A stretch of 64,000 nt of DNA from Blepharisma stoltei ATCC 30299. Its lineage: Eukaryota > Protista > Ciliophora. Every line of letters starts with the position of its first letter. Position 1 is the first letter of the stretch. Position numbers and translations under genes: made by a program. The notes beneath the pieces were generated by a model, which made no database searches, was not told the origin of the DNA, and was given only the letters and a program-made list of their open reading frames with translations. Shown here one piece after another: positions 13,512 to 26,900 of the stretch. Where the stretch lies: assembly GCA_965603825.1 (NCBI GenBank), contig CBFDEM010000063.1:496227-560226 (forward strand). The letters are read 5' to 3'.

Positions 13512-14447
13512 ATGATAAGAGGATATTTTCCTATATCTGACCACATAAGCAACGCTAACCCTAGCTATATATTTGAATCGCTTATAGGAGAAGGCAGCTT
13601 TGGCTGCGTTTACAAAGCATATGACCCTACAAACAATCTAAGTGTTGCAATCAAACGGTCCTTAAAATCAGGCTGTATGGTTTCTAGAGAGTTTTCAATA
13701 TTAAAAGAGACTGTAAACTGTCCAAATTGTGTAAAACTCCTCGATATTTTTTATTCGGTCACAGACGATAATAAATTTATCCAACACCTCGTTTTCGAGT
13801 GTATGCCTAAAAACCTTGCACAATTTTTAGCAGAAAGATGGAGCCTTGACCCTTTAAACGACTTTGAAATCACTTCAATAATGAGGCAGCTTTTAAAAGG
13901 CTTAGAATATCTTCACAGTAAAAATATAATGCACAGGGACATAAAACCTCAAAATATTCTTATTGACGATAATGACGAATTTTACAAGGTAAAATTATGT
14001 GACTTTGGAAGCGCAAAATTTGTGACTGGGAAAAACATGCCTTATGTAGTCAGCAGATATTATAGAGCCCCTGAGCTAATTCTTTTGAATACAGATTATG
14101 GCACTGAGATTGATATTTGGGCTGCTGGCTGCGTTTTTATTGAATTATTCACAGGCTGCCCGATTTTTCGAGGGGATACTGAAGCTGACCAATTTATAAA
14201 AATTGCAAATATTATTGGCCCTCCTACAGCGACTGACATGAAAAATCTTACAAAAAGTGTCCAGCTCAACACAAAAATGATACAAAGAATAATCAAAATA
14301 GGGAGAAAAATCCAATGAGTCCATTTATTTAAAAGAAGCCCAAAAGCTGAAGAAGCTTTTGATTTAGCTCAAAAAATGGTATGCTGGGACCCTACAAAGC
14401 GATTTACAGCTACACAGTGTTTAGAACATCCTTTTTTCTTAATTTAA
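13512..14447 (+). CDS. CMGC Ser/Thr kinase, GSK3/shaggy-like
   Basis: GEGSFG, VAIK, HRDIKPQN, DFGSAK, YVVSRYYRAPEL. TGA 14316-14318 must be read through to reach subdomain XI (WDPTKRFTATQCLEHPFF). TAA 14445-14447. Confidence 0.92.
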
Positions 14448-14463
14448 GGTAAAATATTAACAA

Positions 14464-16851
14464 CTAATTAGGTGTTTTTGATATTTTATGATTTGTAGAA
14501 GGCCTCGTGTTGTCTTTGCTAATTTCTCTGCTGTTTAAAGCTTTTTGGAATAAACCTCAAGGTTTGCTATAAAATTTAAATTGTAGTGGCATGTCTATTA
14601 AATTATTTTTTCTGTTCCCTGCCTTTTTTTCAGCTGATTTTACACGCTTAATTTTTTTTTCTATATCTTGAACTTCATGTAGTATATTCCGAGGCGAAAA
14701 TGTCGAAAAATTTTTTTTTATTATTTTTGAGCTGAATTTTTTTTCATTTTCGTCTGAGTTGTTGGATTTATTGATTTTTTCTAAAATTGGGGCTGGCAAA
14801 ATATTTCTCATTCTTTTCATGGCAACTTCTTGTTCAGTAAGCCTTGCATTTAGTTTTTCTTGGGATTTTTGGATTTCTATTATTTTATAGATGCCTGGGG
14901 ATTCAATTTCTGCGTCTTCTATAGGAAACAGCCTTGTGTTTTTTTCTTTTACTATGGTCGGAATTCTGGAAACTCTGCGGATTTGATAGTTTTCGTCTGA
15001 TTTTATTGGCTCGATGTTATTTTCTTGGATTTTTGATAATAATTGTTCAAGTTCTTCTAGCTCGTTTACACGTCTTGCATTTAAAAGCAAAATTAAAGGA
15101 GAAATAACAGAGCATAGCCTCATTAATTGATGCTGATAAAGCATATGGCTAGTAGAAACTAGCTCATCGACTTCTAAAAATGCATGTAATGGCCCTTTCT
15201 CAGGCTGATTTTGTTTATCATTTAAATAATTTTCAAGGATTTTTGAGTTCGTAAAATACAAAATCATTGGCTGGTCTTTTAATAAATTTGCAAATAATAT
15301 GCCATCTTCACTGTTTTTAAAGACTTTTATATATGAAGAAATTATTTCGGTTTTTTTCAGAGAAAGATAAGGGAGGACATTTTTTTTGAAATTTTCTATA
15401 GAAAAGCTTTCTTGGATTTGGTCGAAAAAATCAGTTCTGTATATTTTAGGTAAAACTGGGGTTTTTGTATGTGTGGATTCTCGCTTCTTTAAAAAGCCTT
15501 TTTGGAGCTCTTCTATTATAGATAAAGCGTCTGTGTATTCGCTTTCTCTATCAAGCCCTGATCTTGGGCATTTTTCTATTAGAATTTTCAATGAGTTTAT
15601 TGAGATAATAGCAAGATTCATAATAGTCAAATATATTTTTAGTATCAGCTGCTCAGACTCTTCTGTATGGTCTAGCTTTGACGTCAAATTGTCTTCTAAT
15701 GAAATTTTTACATGGTTAAAAGTATAAGGCAAATTTTTCTCAGTCATCCCAAAATCGTCATTATTTATTTTCAAAATTTGTAACTCCTTATCCAGCTCCT
15801 CATATCTTTTCTGCAATGCTAAAAAATCCAGCGTCAGCTGCTGAAATCTCAAGCTTAGCGATGTCTCTTGGTATATTAAAAATTTATACATATCAATAAT
15901 CCCATTCAGTGCCTCTTCATCAAGTGTGTCATAACAGTCTCTATCATATCTTTCTAATACTTCGTTTATTATACCCATTTGTTCTTGAAAACACTGATAA
16001 GCGTTTTCTATTCTCTCTTTTTCCTTTGATTCTTTTTCATGCCTTTTTAATTGTTTTTCAAGCTTGTCAATCATTGTCGTGATTTCGCGTCTTCTTTCGG
16101 CTTGTTTTATAGCATTAGTACTGATACTTCCTACGATCGTGTCGATGTCTTCTTGGATGTGGTCATAACGCTTACGCTGCTCTGTGTAGACTTGGATGTA
16201 TTCTTCTTGACGCCGAGTCATTTCTTGCTTAAATAAAAGCGCTTCATTTTGGCCTAAAATGAGGTTGTTGATAGCGTTTTGTTTAGAAATCATTGAGGCT
16301 TCATGACTTTTGGTTACTCGTCTATGCATTTCACTGAGCTGCTGAATCCGCTCTTTTCATATTAAATTCCCTGCTTTTTCTTTGGAAAGGACGCTTTCGA
16401 TTTTTAATTTTTCTTGTTCATTTTCTTCAATTTTTATCATATATCTGTCAATTTTTTCTAAAATATCTTCTCGTGACGGCGCAAAGGCACTTGACGCCAC
16501 TGAGCCTCTTTCTGTAAAATATCCACTGCCACTAATAGCTTTAAACGTAGAAACATCACTGATGAAGGGATCATATAGCCTAGCCTCCATCACAAGTTTT
16601 TTCAAATTTCTTCTCTTTTCTTTATTTATTGATAGCAGCTTGTCAAGCTCCCTTTTAAGCTTGGCTTGCTCTTTATTTGAATATAATGAACGGTGTCTTT
16701 TTGCTTCTTTTACATGATGGTCATATTCAATATCAAGGACTTCTTTGATTTCTCTGCGGAGTTCGCGGGTACGATCAGTTAGTTGGCCTTCAATATTGAA
16801 GGCGTTTTTTGAGGTAACTTGAAAGTTTGGTAGTGAGGATTGTGTGTGCAT
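14464..16851 (-). CDS. hypothetical coiled-coil protein (~795 aa, 2 UGA-Trp)
   Basis: ORFs 16357-16851 and 14557-16329 are in frame across TGA; extends to TAG at 14464-14466. Confidence 0.8.
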
Positions 16852-17007
16852 TGATTATTAGAAAATAATTTTAAGCTCAATTTAAAGAAAAACTGATTTG
16901 GTATATGGTTATAAATATATATAAATTTAGGCTTTTATTTTATAGGAAATAGATTTTTATATATTTGTGTATAAAAAATAATAAGACTGATTTTTAAATT
17001 AAAGGAA

Positions 17008-20000
17008 TTATTTTTTAAGGCTGCTCGGCGAGTTTTTCTTTTGGAAAAGAGATGTGCTTATAGGTCTTTTTGCTTCAAGTACCCCTTCTTCTGCAATTTT
17101 GGGCAAAATCCCTACACTTCTTTCATAAGACAGTCCTAGATTGTCTGTATTTTCAATTTTTGGAATAAGCTGTACAGTAGCTCTTATATCGTCATATGAT
17201 TCTTCATCAATTATTTTGACAGCTTCTGGCTTCGTTTGTGGAGGTGGAGGTAGCTCTAATGGTGTTTTATCTCCGAAAAATTTCCATATAAAAATCCCAT
17301 CTGGTCCTTGTGAGCTAGAAATCAAGTAGTTTCTATCAATACTCCAGCCAATATTTGATATATTAAAAGAATGCCCTATAAAAGCTTGACCTGATATAGA
17401 ATTTGGCTTAGATGAATAATCCCAAATTTTCAAAATTCTGTCAGTTCCGCCGGTTACTAAATACTTGCTGTTATTTGAGATAGAAAACGATAAAATCTCT
17501 GAGTTAGGGTGCAGTCCTTGGAGCTCTTTTATAGGAATTGCCTCAAAACCGTTAAGTCCATAATATCTGACCCTGAATTCCTGGGCTGAGTTTATAGCAA
17601 TTATATCTTGGCCATTAGGTGAAAATACGATTTTATGGATAATGGCGCCAAGGGTATTTATTCTGAATTTTTGAGAAAAAGTTGAGCATTCCCAAATAAA
17701 AATGGTCGAGCCTTGCGTCCCTAAGACAGCGAAGTGCTTTGAATCGTGCGAAAAACACACATCAACATGGTCTCCTGGGATTTCAGGGAAAATTGATTTT
17801 ACAGGCTGATATTTACGGCGGACGTCATATAAGCACACCATAGCGTCTTCGCTTGCCGAGAGAAGTAAATTTCCATCCCCAGAATGAACAACTTTTATAC
17901 ATTTGCAGTCGTGCTGAAGAAATTCATCCCTTTCTCTTGTTGATTCTACCTCAAAAATCCTAACCATCCCACTTTCAAATCCACATGCAAAAAAATTTTC
18001 TTCTGGATGATAAGAAACACTCATCGGGACGTCTCCAGAAGATGTGAACTCATACTGCTCCTCAAAGGTTTCCAAGCTCCACACTCTAATTGTACAGTCA
18101 ATGCTAGCTGTCACCAAAGTCCCATTACTAGGATGGATATCAAAATTGACTATCTGCGAAGTGTGGCCCCAAATTAGCGTTTTTATCATATTATTGGACA
18201 TATCAAGAACTCTTAGGGTGCTATTAGCAGTTCCACAAGCAATTTGTAAATTATCAGCGCTTATATCGACACCCATAATAGTTGACTCATTGTTTACTTC
18301 AAAAGAATATTCAGAAAAGTCTAAAGGCCAGACACGTAAATAGCAGTCTTGGCTGCCTATACAGCAAAATTGTTCGCCAACTGTAATACTTTGGATTCCT
18401 GAGGCATGAAGTTGTAAGATCCCTTCAAGTTCTAAAGTAAAATAGTTAACTTGGAATAAAAGACCTTGGCTTGAGCCTACAAAAACACGCTTAGAATGCT
18501 CGGCGTCAGCTGGGCTGAAAATTTCAAATGATAAATCTAAAAATTCAGCACCTCGGGCATGCTGTTTTAGCACCACTATAGTCCCTGTTAAATGGTCTTT
18601 ATTGATTTTCCACTGACGAATATTTTCTTTTCCACAGGACATTAAAAGTGTAGAGTCTATAGGAGAAAATTTAATGGTATTTATATGAAAATTTGACACA
18701 TGCTTTGCTTTCATTTTGACTTCTTGATTTATAGCCTGTTTTCCTTTTATTTCTTGGTTTATATTCGAAATATCATAAACTGTAACAATATCTCTCTTTA
18801 AATTATCCACGCTCGCAATTACTAAATTGTTGCTATCAAAACTTATATCAACTGCAGTCACTGAAAGGGTTTTTTGCAAGGCAATTTGTGTAGGTGCCCT
18901 ACGTGTTTTAATTTCCCACACTAAAACCAGTGGATTTGCACCTTCTTGGCCAGTAGCCACCAATGTCCCATCAGTGCTTACAGCTAAGCACGAAATAGGC
19001 GCTGTATGGCCAAAGAAAAATTGTTGTTTTCTCGTTATAGGGTTCATAAATATCAAAGTACAGCCTGATGGATAAATTAAAAATTTATTATGGGAATTTT
19101 GAATAAATTCTGGAGGGTAGCATGAAAAATTACTTTTTGGCCGCGACCATTTTACAGTGTTCGGCTTGTTTCCTGAAAAGCCTATAATATAAGATAGAGA
19201 CATAATAGGGTCTGGATGCATTACACCTTTAGGTTTTGGCTCTTCACGCCTTGCTGGGGTTTCGTATTTATTTGGGGTTTTGGTTAAATTGAATGATAAG
19301 TCTTCTTTGCTGACTTCTAGGGATTCTCGCTCTTTTGAAGGGCTTCGACGCTGGTATTCGCTTGTTGGGATCATGTCTTTGCTGATGTTAAAAGAGTCAA
19401 GCGATTTTTCATATTTTTGGCGGAGGGAGCTGTCTGGGGCTTTGATTTCTTCTTTAGGCTTGAATTCAGAGTATTCGTGGAATTGGACGTTGAATTTTTT
19501 AGGCTTTTCGTCAGTTTTAACTACTTTTTGATCAAATTTTAAGGTTACTTCTTCATATTTATGAGGGATTTCTTCCTGTTTTTTTTTGCCTTCATCTACA
19601 ACTTTTTTCTCAATAATTTCCGCCTGTTTTTGTTTAATTTCTTCGCTTTTCTCTGACTTTTCGGTCTCAATATACTCAATTTCCATAAATTCTGTTTCTT
19701 GCTCAGTAATTTCGAACTCTATATTTTCCCTCTCGTTTTCATTAGGAAATTCTACCCAGTCATAAAGCTCATTTCATGCTTTATTTCTATCTGTCTTAAA
19801 GGACATATCTCTAGGCAAATTATTTTGGGTATATAAAATATCTGATGTAAAGACTCCTCGGATTATCATTGATGAGCATAAGTTGAAAGATTTTAATGTG
19901 AATTTTCTATATAAATTGCCAAAATGCTGCCATAGTAAAGCCTTGATATCAAGTAGAATGATGGTTCATTTATCTGATAAATGACAGGCAAGCTGAAGGC

Positions 20001-20370
20001 CGGAGCTTATTATTTTGCTTTCTTTGAATAAATTACTTAGTGAAATCCTCAGAATTTCTTTTGTACCTGTGTTTTTATTTTCCAAAACAAATTCAAAATG
20101 CATTGAGTACAATTTATCCTTTGGAATCTGGACCTCTACATAACAAAACCTCCCAGTCAGGCTCAATGACTTCAGTTGTGACTTTGGTCTAGGAATTTGA
20201 ATATAGTTGGCGGCCGAAATGGCCCCTGAAATTCTAAACGTTTTCTTTCCTATTGCTTTGTCCACAACTTCTAAAACTTCTCCTTCTTTTTTAGCAACTC
20301 TTCATTCATTAATGTTGATAAACTTAAAGACATCAACAAATGGATGCTGCCACATATCATCTGATTTCAT
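17008..20370 (-). CDS. WDR90: WDR90/POC16 centriole/basal-body protein (CFA20/DUF667 domain + WD40 repeats)
   Basis: N-terminus MKSDDMWQHPFVDVFKFININEWRVAKKEGEV...FRISGAISAANYIQIP...LSLTGR...RISLSNLFKE matches WDR90 as I recall it (WQHPF, SAANYIQLP, SNLFKE). Three TGA fall at conserved W. WD40 array follows. Confidence 0.92.
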
Positions 20371-20395
20371 ATTTATTAATTCTTATTCAAATTAT

Positions 20396-21082
20396 TTATT
20401 GTTCTTCAATCGACATCTCTGACTTATTGGAGCTCACTGGCATGAATTTTATCCCATTTCCAAAGGTTTGTGAAGCTTCTTGCTGGTTTGTATTAGGCAG
20501 CATCGCGCGTTTGACCCTCATTTCTGTGTTTGGCTGGTTTTCTTCGACTTCGCTTACGTCGTTTAAATCTATTATGCTTATTTCAGTGTTTTTGGTACTT
20601 TTTACATATTTGATGACCCTAATATAAGTTACTAAATACCTCAAGCTTAATATAGTCATTGAAATAATTTGTAAACTGTAGCCTACTTTATCATGAAGAG
20701 ATGAGCTCACAAGAGCAATTATCCAGCTTGTAAAAGATAGAAATGAGTCTATTATATTGACTTTTTCTTGGAAAAATAAAGTCGATCCCAGCATAAGCAC
20801 TCTATACAAAATTTCAAGGACTACTAAAACTAATAAAGACGCTTGAATACCTATAAACCAGCCATCTATTTCTTGTTCAGCTCAGTTAATTGACGTATAT
20901 ACAATGCAAAACGCGGCAAGAACCGCAAGGATGACATAAATATATTTAAATCACTGTGAATAATAAATCCTTGTCATCCTAACTTTGCATTCGTTATGCT
21001 CTGTTCTCAATAAATGGTTAGTTGATATAATTTCTATTGGTGAAAACAGTCCTTTGAAGTTCTTTTTGCTTTCTCCTTTCAT
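20396..21082 (-). CDS. stand-alone voltage-sensor-domain-like 4TM protein (228 aa, 2 UGA-Trp)
   Basis: ATG at 21082. S1 SQWFKYIYVILAVLAAFCIVY, S2 LLVLVVLEILYRVLMLG, S3 FFQEKVNIIDSF, S4 ILSLRYLVTYIRVIKYVK. No pore domain. Confidence 0.7.
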
Positions 21083-21146
21083 ACGATTTTTTTTGAATTT
21101 TTATAATTAAATGAAAAATCAGATTTTATTTTTCCTTCTTATTATC

Positions 21147-22244
21147 TTAATACCCTAAGCCTAAAACCAAGAAAATCCCTACTATCAGTCCATTTGCATC
21201 ACTTCCTTTATCATATTCTTTTTTCGCCTCCCAATAAGCTGGAAAATAAGTCTGAACCACGCAGTCTTCAGCTTCATGAATTACTGAATAAATGAACACA
21301 TAATTATCATAATACATCAGCTCGTCAATTTTCTTTTTTTCCCACCAAGTGTCCATACAGTTTTCGCTGAACCTTGCATATGTATTGCATTTCAAAATCC
21401 CTTTGCTTTTAGTCCAGGATTTTATTATGTCAGAATATTTGACATATGGGGAATCCCCAGGGAAAATGTCACATACGCCGCCACCGGCTTTGGTGTAGCT
21501 GCATAAGCAATCTGTATTAAAGCTTTTATTAAGTTTTCCAATTGTTTTTGAGACACAGTCAGTATCTGCGGTGCAAGAGGTTGGGATTTTTTTGCTTGAT
21601 TTAGGGGCTGTGTAGCATTGTGGGGTATCTCCTTTGTTTAACTCAATGCAGAACCCGGATTTGCATAAATAGTTAACGTCACCTGCTGTGGTACAGTTAA
21701 GGTTGACAGGGTCTTCGTTGCTGATTGAAAAATAAGTTTTGCAGGTATTAACTGTAGGGTCTATAGAGCTCACTATATCACAGCCTGCATTGTTGACACA
21801 ATCAGAGTCTTCAATGCAGCCTTTTTCTCCTGCAGGGATTTGAGCTATACAGGTATCTTGATGACATCTTAAGCCGACGTCACAGTCTGTATGGTTCAAG
21901 CAGGAATGGTTTTCTAGATGTCCTTTGCAATACCCATTTACACAGGTGTTATTTAAATAGCAGTCTTCATCGTAAAAGCAAGATTCGCCTGCTAATTTGG
22001 CATGAGGTGGAGAAGGAAGTGGCCTTGTACAGTTCGCTGATTTTTCAGCCAACATAGCTGGGCAATAATACCCATAATTGCAAGGGTTGACATAATAAAT
22101 GCCATTTGTTTCGTCATAGCTCATGCAGGTGCTAGGATCAGGGAAAGGATAATCTTTTGCCTTGCATTGGTATTTAGGACAAGTTAAGGCTTCAATTGAA
22201 GGAAAGATCGCAAGCAAAAGAAAGATGACGATCATATTTGCCAT
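21147..22244 (-). CDS. Cys-rich secreted/surface protein, probable GPI anchor
   Basis: Signal peptide, repeated C-x4-DC motifs, C-terminal small residues plus hydrophobic tail (GSDANGLIVGIFLVLGLGY). Confidence 0.85.
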   Translation of the reverse strand: MANMIVIFLLLAIFPSIEALTCPKYQCKAKDYPFPDPSTCMSYDETNGIYYVNPCNYGYYCPAMLAEKSANCTRPLPSPPHAKLAGESCFYDEDCYLNNTCVNGYCKGHLENHSCLNHTDCDVGLRCHQDTCIAQIPAGEKGCIEDSDCVNNAGCDIVSSIDPTVNTCKTYFSISNEDPVNLNCTTAGDVNYLCKSGFCIELNKGDTPQCYTAPKSSKKIPTSCTADTDCVSKTIGKLNKSFNTDCLCSYTKAGGGVCDIFPGDSPYVKYSDIIKSWTKSKGILKCNTYARFSENCMDTWWEKKKIDELMYYDNYVFIYSVIHEAEDCVVQTYFPAYWEAKKEYDKGSDANGLIVGIFLVLGLGY

Positions 22245-22663
22245 TATAAGCCGTCATTTTATAGAGAATGAGATGCAATTATAGCATTTAATTGATAAAA
22301 AGTGTATTTATAATTCTGAAGAATTTTTAATTAATAGAACAATTTTAGTTATAATTTTTATAAAATTCTTCAAAAATTGAGAGTATATTTTATTTAAAAA
22401 TATGGATTTCTGAATTTAAATAATCATGAAGCATAAACTTAGTGAGAATTTATGATTTATATTTACATATAATTCTTAAATTATTTTAAGCAATATTAAT
22501 ATACTCTTTATGAGAATCATTAACAATTCATAAATACTTATATTTTATAAACATTCTTCAATTTAAAAATCAAAATAATTCTCATAACATCTTTTCAATT
22601 TCTGTGTCAGATAACAAAATGTCCATTTTTCATGAATAATGGCCAATAATTTATAAACATAAA

Positions 22664-23110
22664 ATGGCTCAGCAATTACGTCGCGGAAGCTTAATCGTAA
22701 GACCAATCAGCGCAAAGCTCATCAAAGACACCGCTACAGGGACTATGGACCCATACGTAGTGATTAAAGTCGGGGCTCACGAACAGAAAACAAACTATTG
22801 TCGGAACGGCGGCAAGACCCCTAACTGGGATGAGCAGCTAAATTTCATTGTTTCTGGCGAAGACCAAATCAATATTTCTGTGTGGGATAAAAGAACTCTA
22901 GCAAAAGATAAAGAAATTGGAGAAACAACGGTCCCATTGCAGACTGTTATTGCTGCCAAGCATTTTGAAGATTGGGTGGATTTGCTTCATAAAGGAAGAA
23001 ACGTGGGACAAGTCAGGCTCCATCTGGTGTTTAATGAAGAATTCCAAGCTGGACAGCAAGTTGTGGGGCAGCAAGGTGTGGGTCAACAGCTCCCTCAATC
23101 AGGATTTTAA
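22664..23110 (+). CDS. C2-domain protein
   Basis: MDPYVVIKVG, GGKTPNWDEQL, ISVWDK, DKEIGE. Confidence 0.92.
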   Translation: MAQQLRRGSLIVRPISAKLIKDTATGTMDPYVVIKVGAHEQKTNYCRNGGKTPNWDEQLNFIVSGEDQINISVWDKRTLAKDKEIGETTVPLQTVIAAKHFEDWVDLLHKGRNVGQVRLHLVFNEEFQAGQQVVGQQGVGQQLPQSGF

Positions 23111-23139
23111 GCTAATTAATTTTTAAAAAACAGAGCGTT

Positions 23140-23590
23140 CTGAAAATTAATTGTTCGGCCTGGTCTGCGAAATTGGCTGGGGATATGTCAATAGTTTCTA
23201 TAGATCCTTATGCTGTGGCTAAATGTGGCTCACAAGAGCAGAAAACGAGATATTGTAAAGATTGAGGGAAAAGTCCAAGGTGGGGTAAAGAATTAATTTT
23301 TTACAGTGACGCCAGAAAACGCAATTTATAGGAATTTTGATAGGCTATTGCGAGGGTAATTATGATAATTAGATATTTTTGATAAATAAATGGCATAGTA
23401 AAAGATAAAAGAGACAAATTTATTTGTATTTATACATGTAACAGTGTTGGGCAAAATTCTTTTAACTATTGATAAAGAAATTGCGATTTTTGAAACAATA
23501 ACTTCTGTAAGTAGTAAATAAGGCATTACTATTGGCATTTTCCATAAAGGATTATAAACTGGACATATGATGATTAGTTTTATTTTTCAC
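23140..23590 (+). pseudogene. frameshifted C2-domain paralog
   Basis: KLIVRP/fs/SAKLAGD..IDPYAVAKCGSQEQKTRYCKDWGKSPRWGKELIF ... DKEIA ... FHKGL*TGH, colinear with the upstream C2 gene, with frameshifts and TAA stops. Confidence 0.75.
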
Positions 23591-24634
23591 TCTTGAGTCT
23601 ATAGGTGGGCTATACTTATGAAGCAAATCTAAAAATATCTCTGACTATTATTTTATGGCTAATGCCTAATTCTTTGAACCAAACTCTTTTATGCCAAGCA
23701 CTTTTCTTGACAGCTTTCTTCAAAAATTCAATTATTCTCCTGAAATTCTTCGATTTTTAAATCCCATCTTAAGTTCATATTTTTTCCACAAACCTTCGCT
23801 CCAATAATCTTTGAATCTACGACTATATCCTACTTTCTACTTCTCTTTCTTCAATCTTTATTCTTCTTTGTAAATTCAATTCTATCTATTCCTCCAGATT
23901 ATGCATATCTCTTTTCCTGTTCATAGATTTCTAATGCCTGAATCCTGCCACTCTTACTTTTCCATCTGCAATATTTCCTCTATTGCATCTCTATGCCAAT
24001 ATGCTCCATTATTTTTAGTTCCCACTTCATCATACCTCCATTTGCTTTCAGGCCTATGTTCTTGAGGGCAATCATATATCGCATGATTTTTCCATGTGAA
24101 GATAAGCTCAAATAAAATTTAAATGGAAAATGGAATTAAGCTTCAAAGGAAAAGATTATTAATAACTTAATTTATGAGACCAGAAAAAATTATAGCTTGC
24201 AGCATAATTACTACAATTTTCAGATGCCATGATATATAAGTCATCTACATAAACCAAGATGTAATTTTGTAATTTTAGTCACTTTAAGGGGATTTTTTAT
24301 TGAGAATACAATTATTTCAAAAATAAGTTGTAGGTTATATAGTTTAAATAATCAGATAATCTGAAACTAACATGAAGCCAACATCAGAACACAAACAACG
24401 CCAAATAATGGTAAAAAATGGCTATAGGCCAGAAAAAACTCCTTTTATCAGAATTTCACTATATCTCTCTATTCTTCTCCCTCCCAGATCTCTTATCTTC
24501 TATTTCTTTTTGTCTCCATTATCTCTCCTCTTTCCTTTTTCTCACCTGCTTCTCTATGCCATCTTACGTCACTCTCAATATTTCTTAAAATCAATTGACT
24601 CCTATGCGTTTTTAACTTCAATAAATAATAGAAG

Positions 24635-25456
24635 ATGTCTAGAAAGTATAATCAAGCATATGAAAACAATATTGATTCCTTAAACTTTCTTCTATCCAGA
24701 GAGCGTGAAAAGCCACCCCTCGGTGACTTTCTCTCAGGCAACGACATACAAGCCTCCATGCGTGACAAGCTTGTCCAATGGATGTTCAAGCTGTCCCAAG
24801 ACCTATCTCTTCAGCTCGAAACGACCCAATTTGCTATATCTTTGATGGATTTATTTCTTTCTAAGGTAAAAACTGCAAAAAGTGTAATCCAGCTGCTTGG
24901 GGTGGTCTGTTTAATGATTTCCACAAAATTTAATGAAAATAGGCTATTCACATTGCAAGACGCGTTATTCCATACTGGAAAGCAATATAAAATTAATGAA
25001 GTACAGTTGACAGAAGTCTTTATTTTACACAAACTTGAATGGAGACTTAATATAACGACAGCCTCGGAGCTGGTGAGGAGGCTTTTTATACTTACAGGGC
25101 TTGAAAATGATTTTTCAAGAATTTATGAAAGAATTGACGCTTTTACGTGTGTCTGCTATGGGAATTATGAGCTTTCGCAGTACCGTGTGCTAGAAATTGC
25201 TATTGCAAGCTCAATATGTACCCTTGAGCAGTTTAATCAGATTAATTTTAGAAATCAGTGGGTGCAGCTGTTATTTAATCAGGGTATTTTAGATGTGGGG
25301 AGCGTTGATTTGTGTAAGAGGACGCTACTGAGGGTGCTTTATTCACAGACATCACCTTATGATGCACATAAGCTTAGTCCGATTACGCTGGATAGCATCG
25401 AAACTTATATAAGGAGAAATAATGATGAAAAATCTCGTTTAATTAACAATGCATAA
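24635..25456 (+). CDS. cyclin (cyclin-box protein)
   Basis: MRDKLVQWM, AISLMDLFLS, QLLGVVCLMISTKFNE, E..IL.KLEWRL. Confidence 0.93.
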   Translation: MSRKYNQAYENNIDSLNFLLSREREKPPLGDFLSGNDIQASMRDKLVQWMFKLSQDLSLQLETTQFAISLMDLFLSKVKTAKSVIQLLGVVCLMISTKFNENRLFTLQDALFHTGKQYKINEVQLTEVFILHKLEWRLNITTASELVRRLFILTGLENDFSRIYERIDAFTCVCYGNYELSQYRVLEIAIASSICTLEQFNQINFRNQWVQLLFNQGILDVGSVDLCKRTLLRVLYSQTSPYDAHKLSPITLDSIETYIRRNNDEKSRLINNA

Positions 25457-25799
25457 TTAGTTAACGCGTTTTATATGATTTAGATAAAACTGCAAAAATT
25501 ATTCAGGATTTATAAAAACCAAATGGTAAAATTTAAAATCATAAATCCTCCTGAAAAACTTGGAGATTTCAAAACAATTAATTTAATTATCAATATTAAG
25601 GCTGAGAAAAAATATACTATATCATTTTTATGTCAAATTTTTCCAAAACTTAAAATATTTCAAATATCTATTTAAGATTTCCTTTAACAAAATCCACATA
25701 TTTCTTCCGAATTATGCTTTCCCTTATCACCTATCCCAATACTTGCCATATCAGAATAATGCCATCATGCTTACGTAATTAGATAAAAAAATCAAAAAT

Positions 25800-26876
25800 A
25801 TGAAACACTTCATCTGCAGAGCATTTGGAAAATACACAGTCAAAGCGCCTACAAATATCGCGCTTATCAAGTACTGGGGCAAGTCCAACGAAGACATAAA
25901 CCTCCCTCTCAACTCCTCAATAAGTTTGACTGTCGACATTGAACAATTTTTTACACAAACTACCATTGAATTAAATGATGAAAAAAACCAGCTTATCCTC
26001 AACAATGAGCCAGCTGAGATCACAGGAAGAATTTCTCGTGTGATTAACATGCTGAAGTCTCTGACAAAACCAGAAAATTTAGAAAAAAAAATAAAAATCG
26101 AGTCTTGCAATAATTTTCCGACTGCCGCGGGAATGGCAAGCTCAGCTTCTGGACTGGCAGCTCTGACCTTTGGACTGGCAAAAGCATATAAGGTAAATAT
26201 TAGTATGGAAGAATTGTCAGGAATCGCAAGACTTGGCTCTGGGAGCGCCTCACGCAGCTTTTTTGGCGGAATTGTCGAATGAAGTGCAGGTGACTCTCAT
26301 GAAAAAAGCATCGCAAGGCAGCTTTATGAAAATTCCCATTGGGACGAGTTAAGACTACTAGTAATATTAACTGATTTAGAAAAGAAAAAAATTTCCAGCA
26401 CAAATGCAATGAAATTAAACAGAAAAATGCTACTTGAAAGGGCCAATGAAAGAGTCCCAATTCGTATAGAAAACTTAAAAAAAGCTTTAGAAGCCAAAGA
26501 TTTTGAAAATTTAGCTAAAATTACTATGGAAGAAAGTGATGATTTGCATTATGTGATTGAGGCGGCTAATGTGAAATACCTGAATGCTAAAAGTGAAGAA
26601 ATTAAAAAACTTATCCATGGCTTTAATTCACAAGGAATCCGTGCTGCTTATACCTTTGACGCTGGCCCAAATCCTTTTATATTGACTAGGAAGCAGGATA
26701 TTAATGACTTAGTCAGTCATTTATTGATAAGCCTAAAATTAAGATCCCACAACGACTTAAAATTGCATGGGCAGCTGCCGAATGATCCTTTCCTATTTTT
26801 ACAAAGCAGTGCAACTATTCCAGTCTTTGGGATAATTGAAAGCAAAATATCAAGGACAGGGCCTATTTTACTTTAA
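25800..26876 (+). CDS. MVD: diphosphomevalonate decarboxylase
   Basis: NIALIKYWGK, NNFPTAAGMASSASG, ARLGSGSASRS, GGIVE-W(TGA 26280), KKKISST, AYTFDAGPN. Confidence 0.96.
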
Positions 26877-26900
26877 TTTATTAGAAATTTATGAAATAGG

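Noticed and set aside
23640-24090. Coding-like purine-rich minus-strand segment
   Set aside because: TAA/TAG in all frames and no recognisable motif; may be an old pseudogene but cannot be supported.
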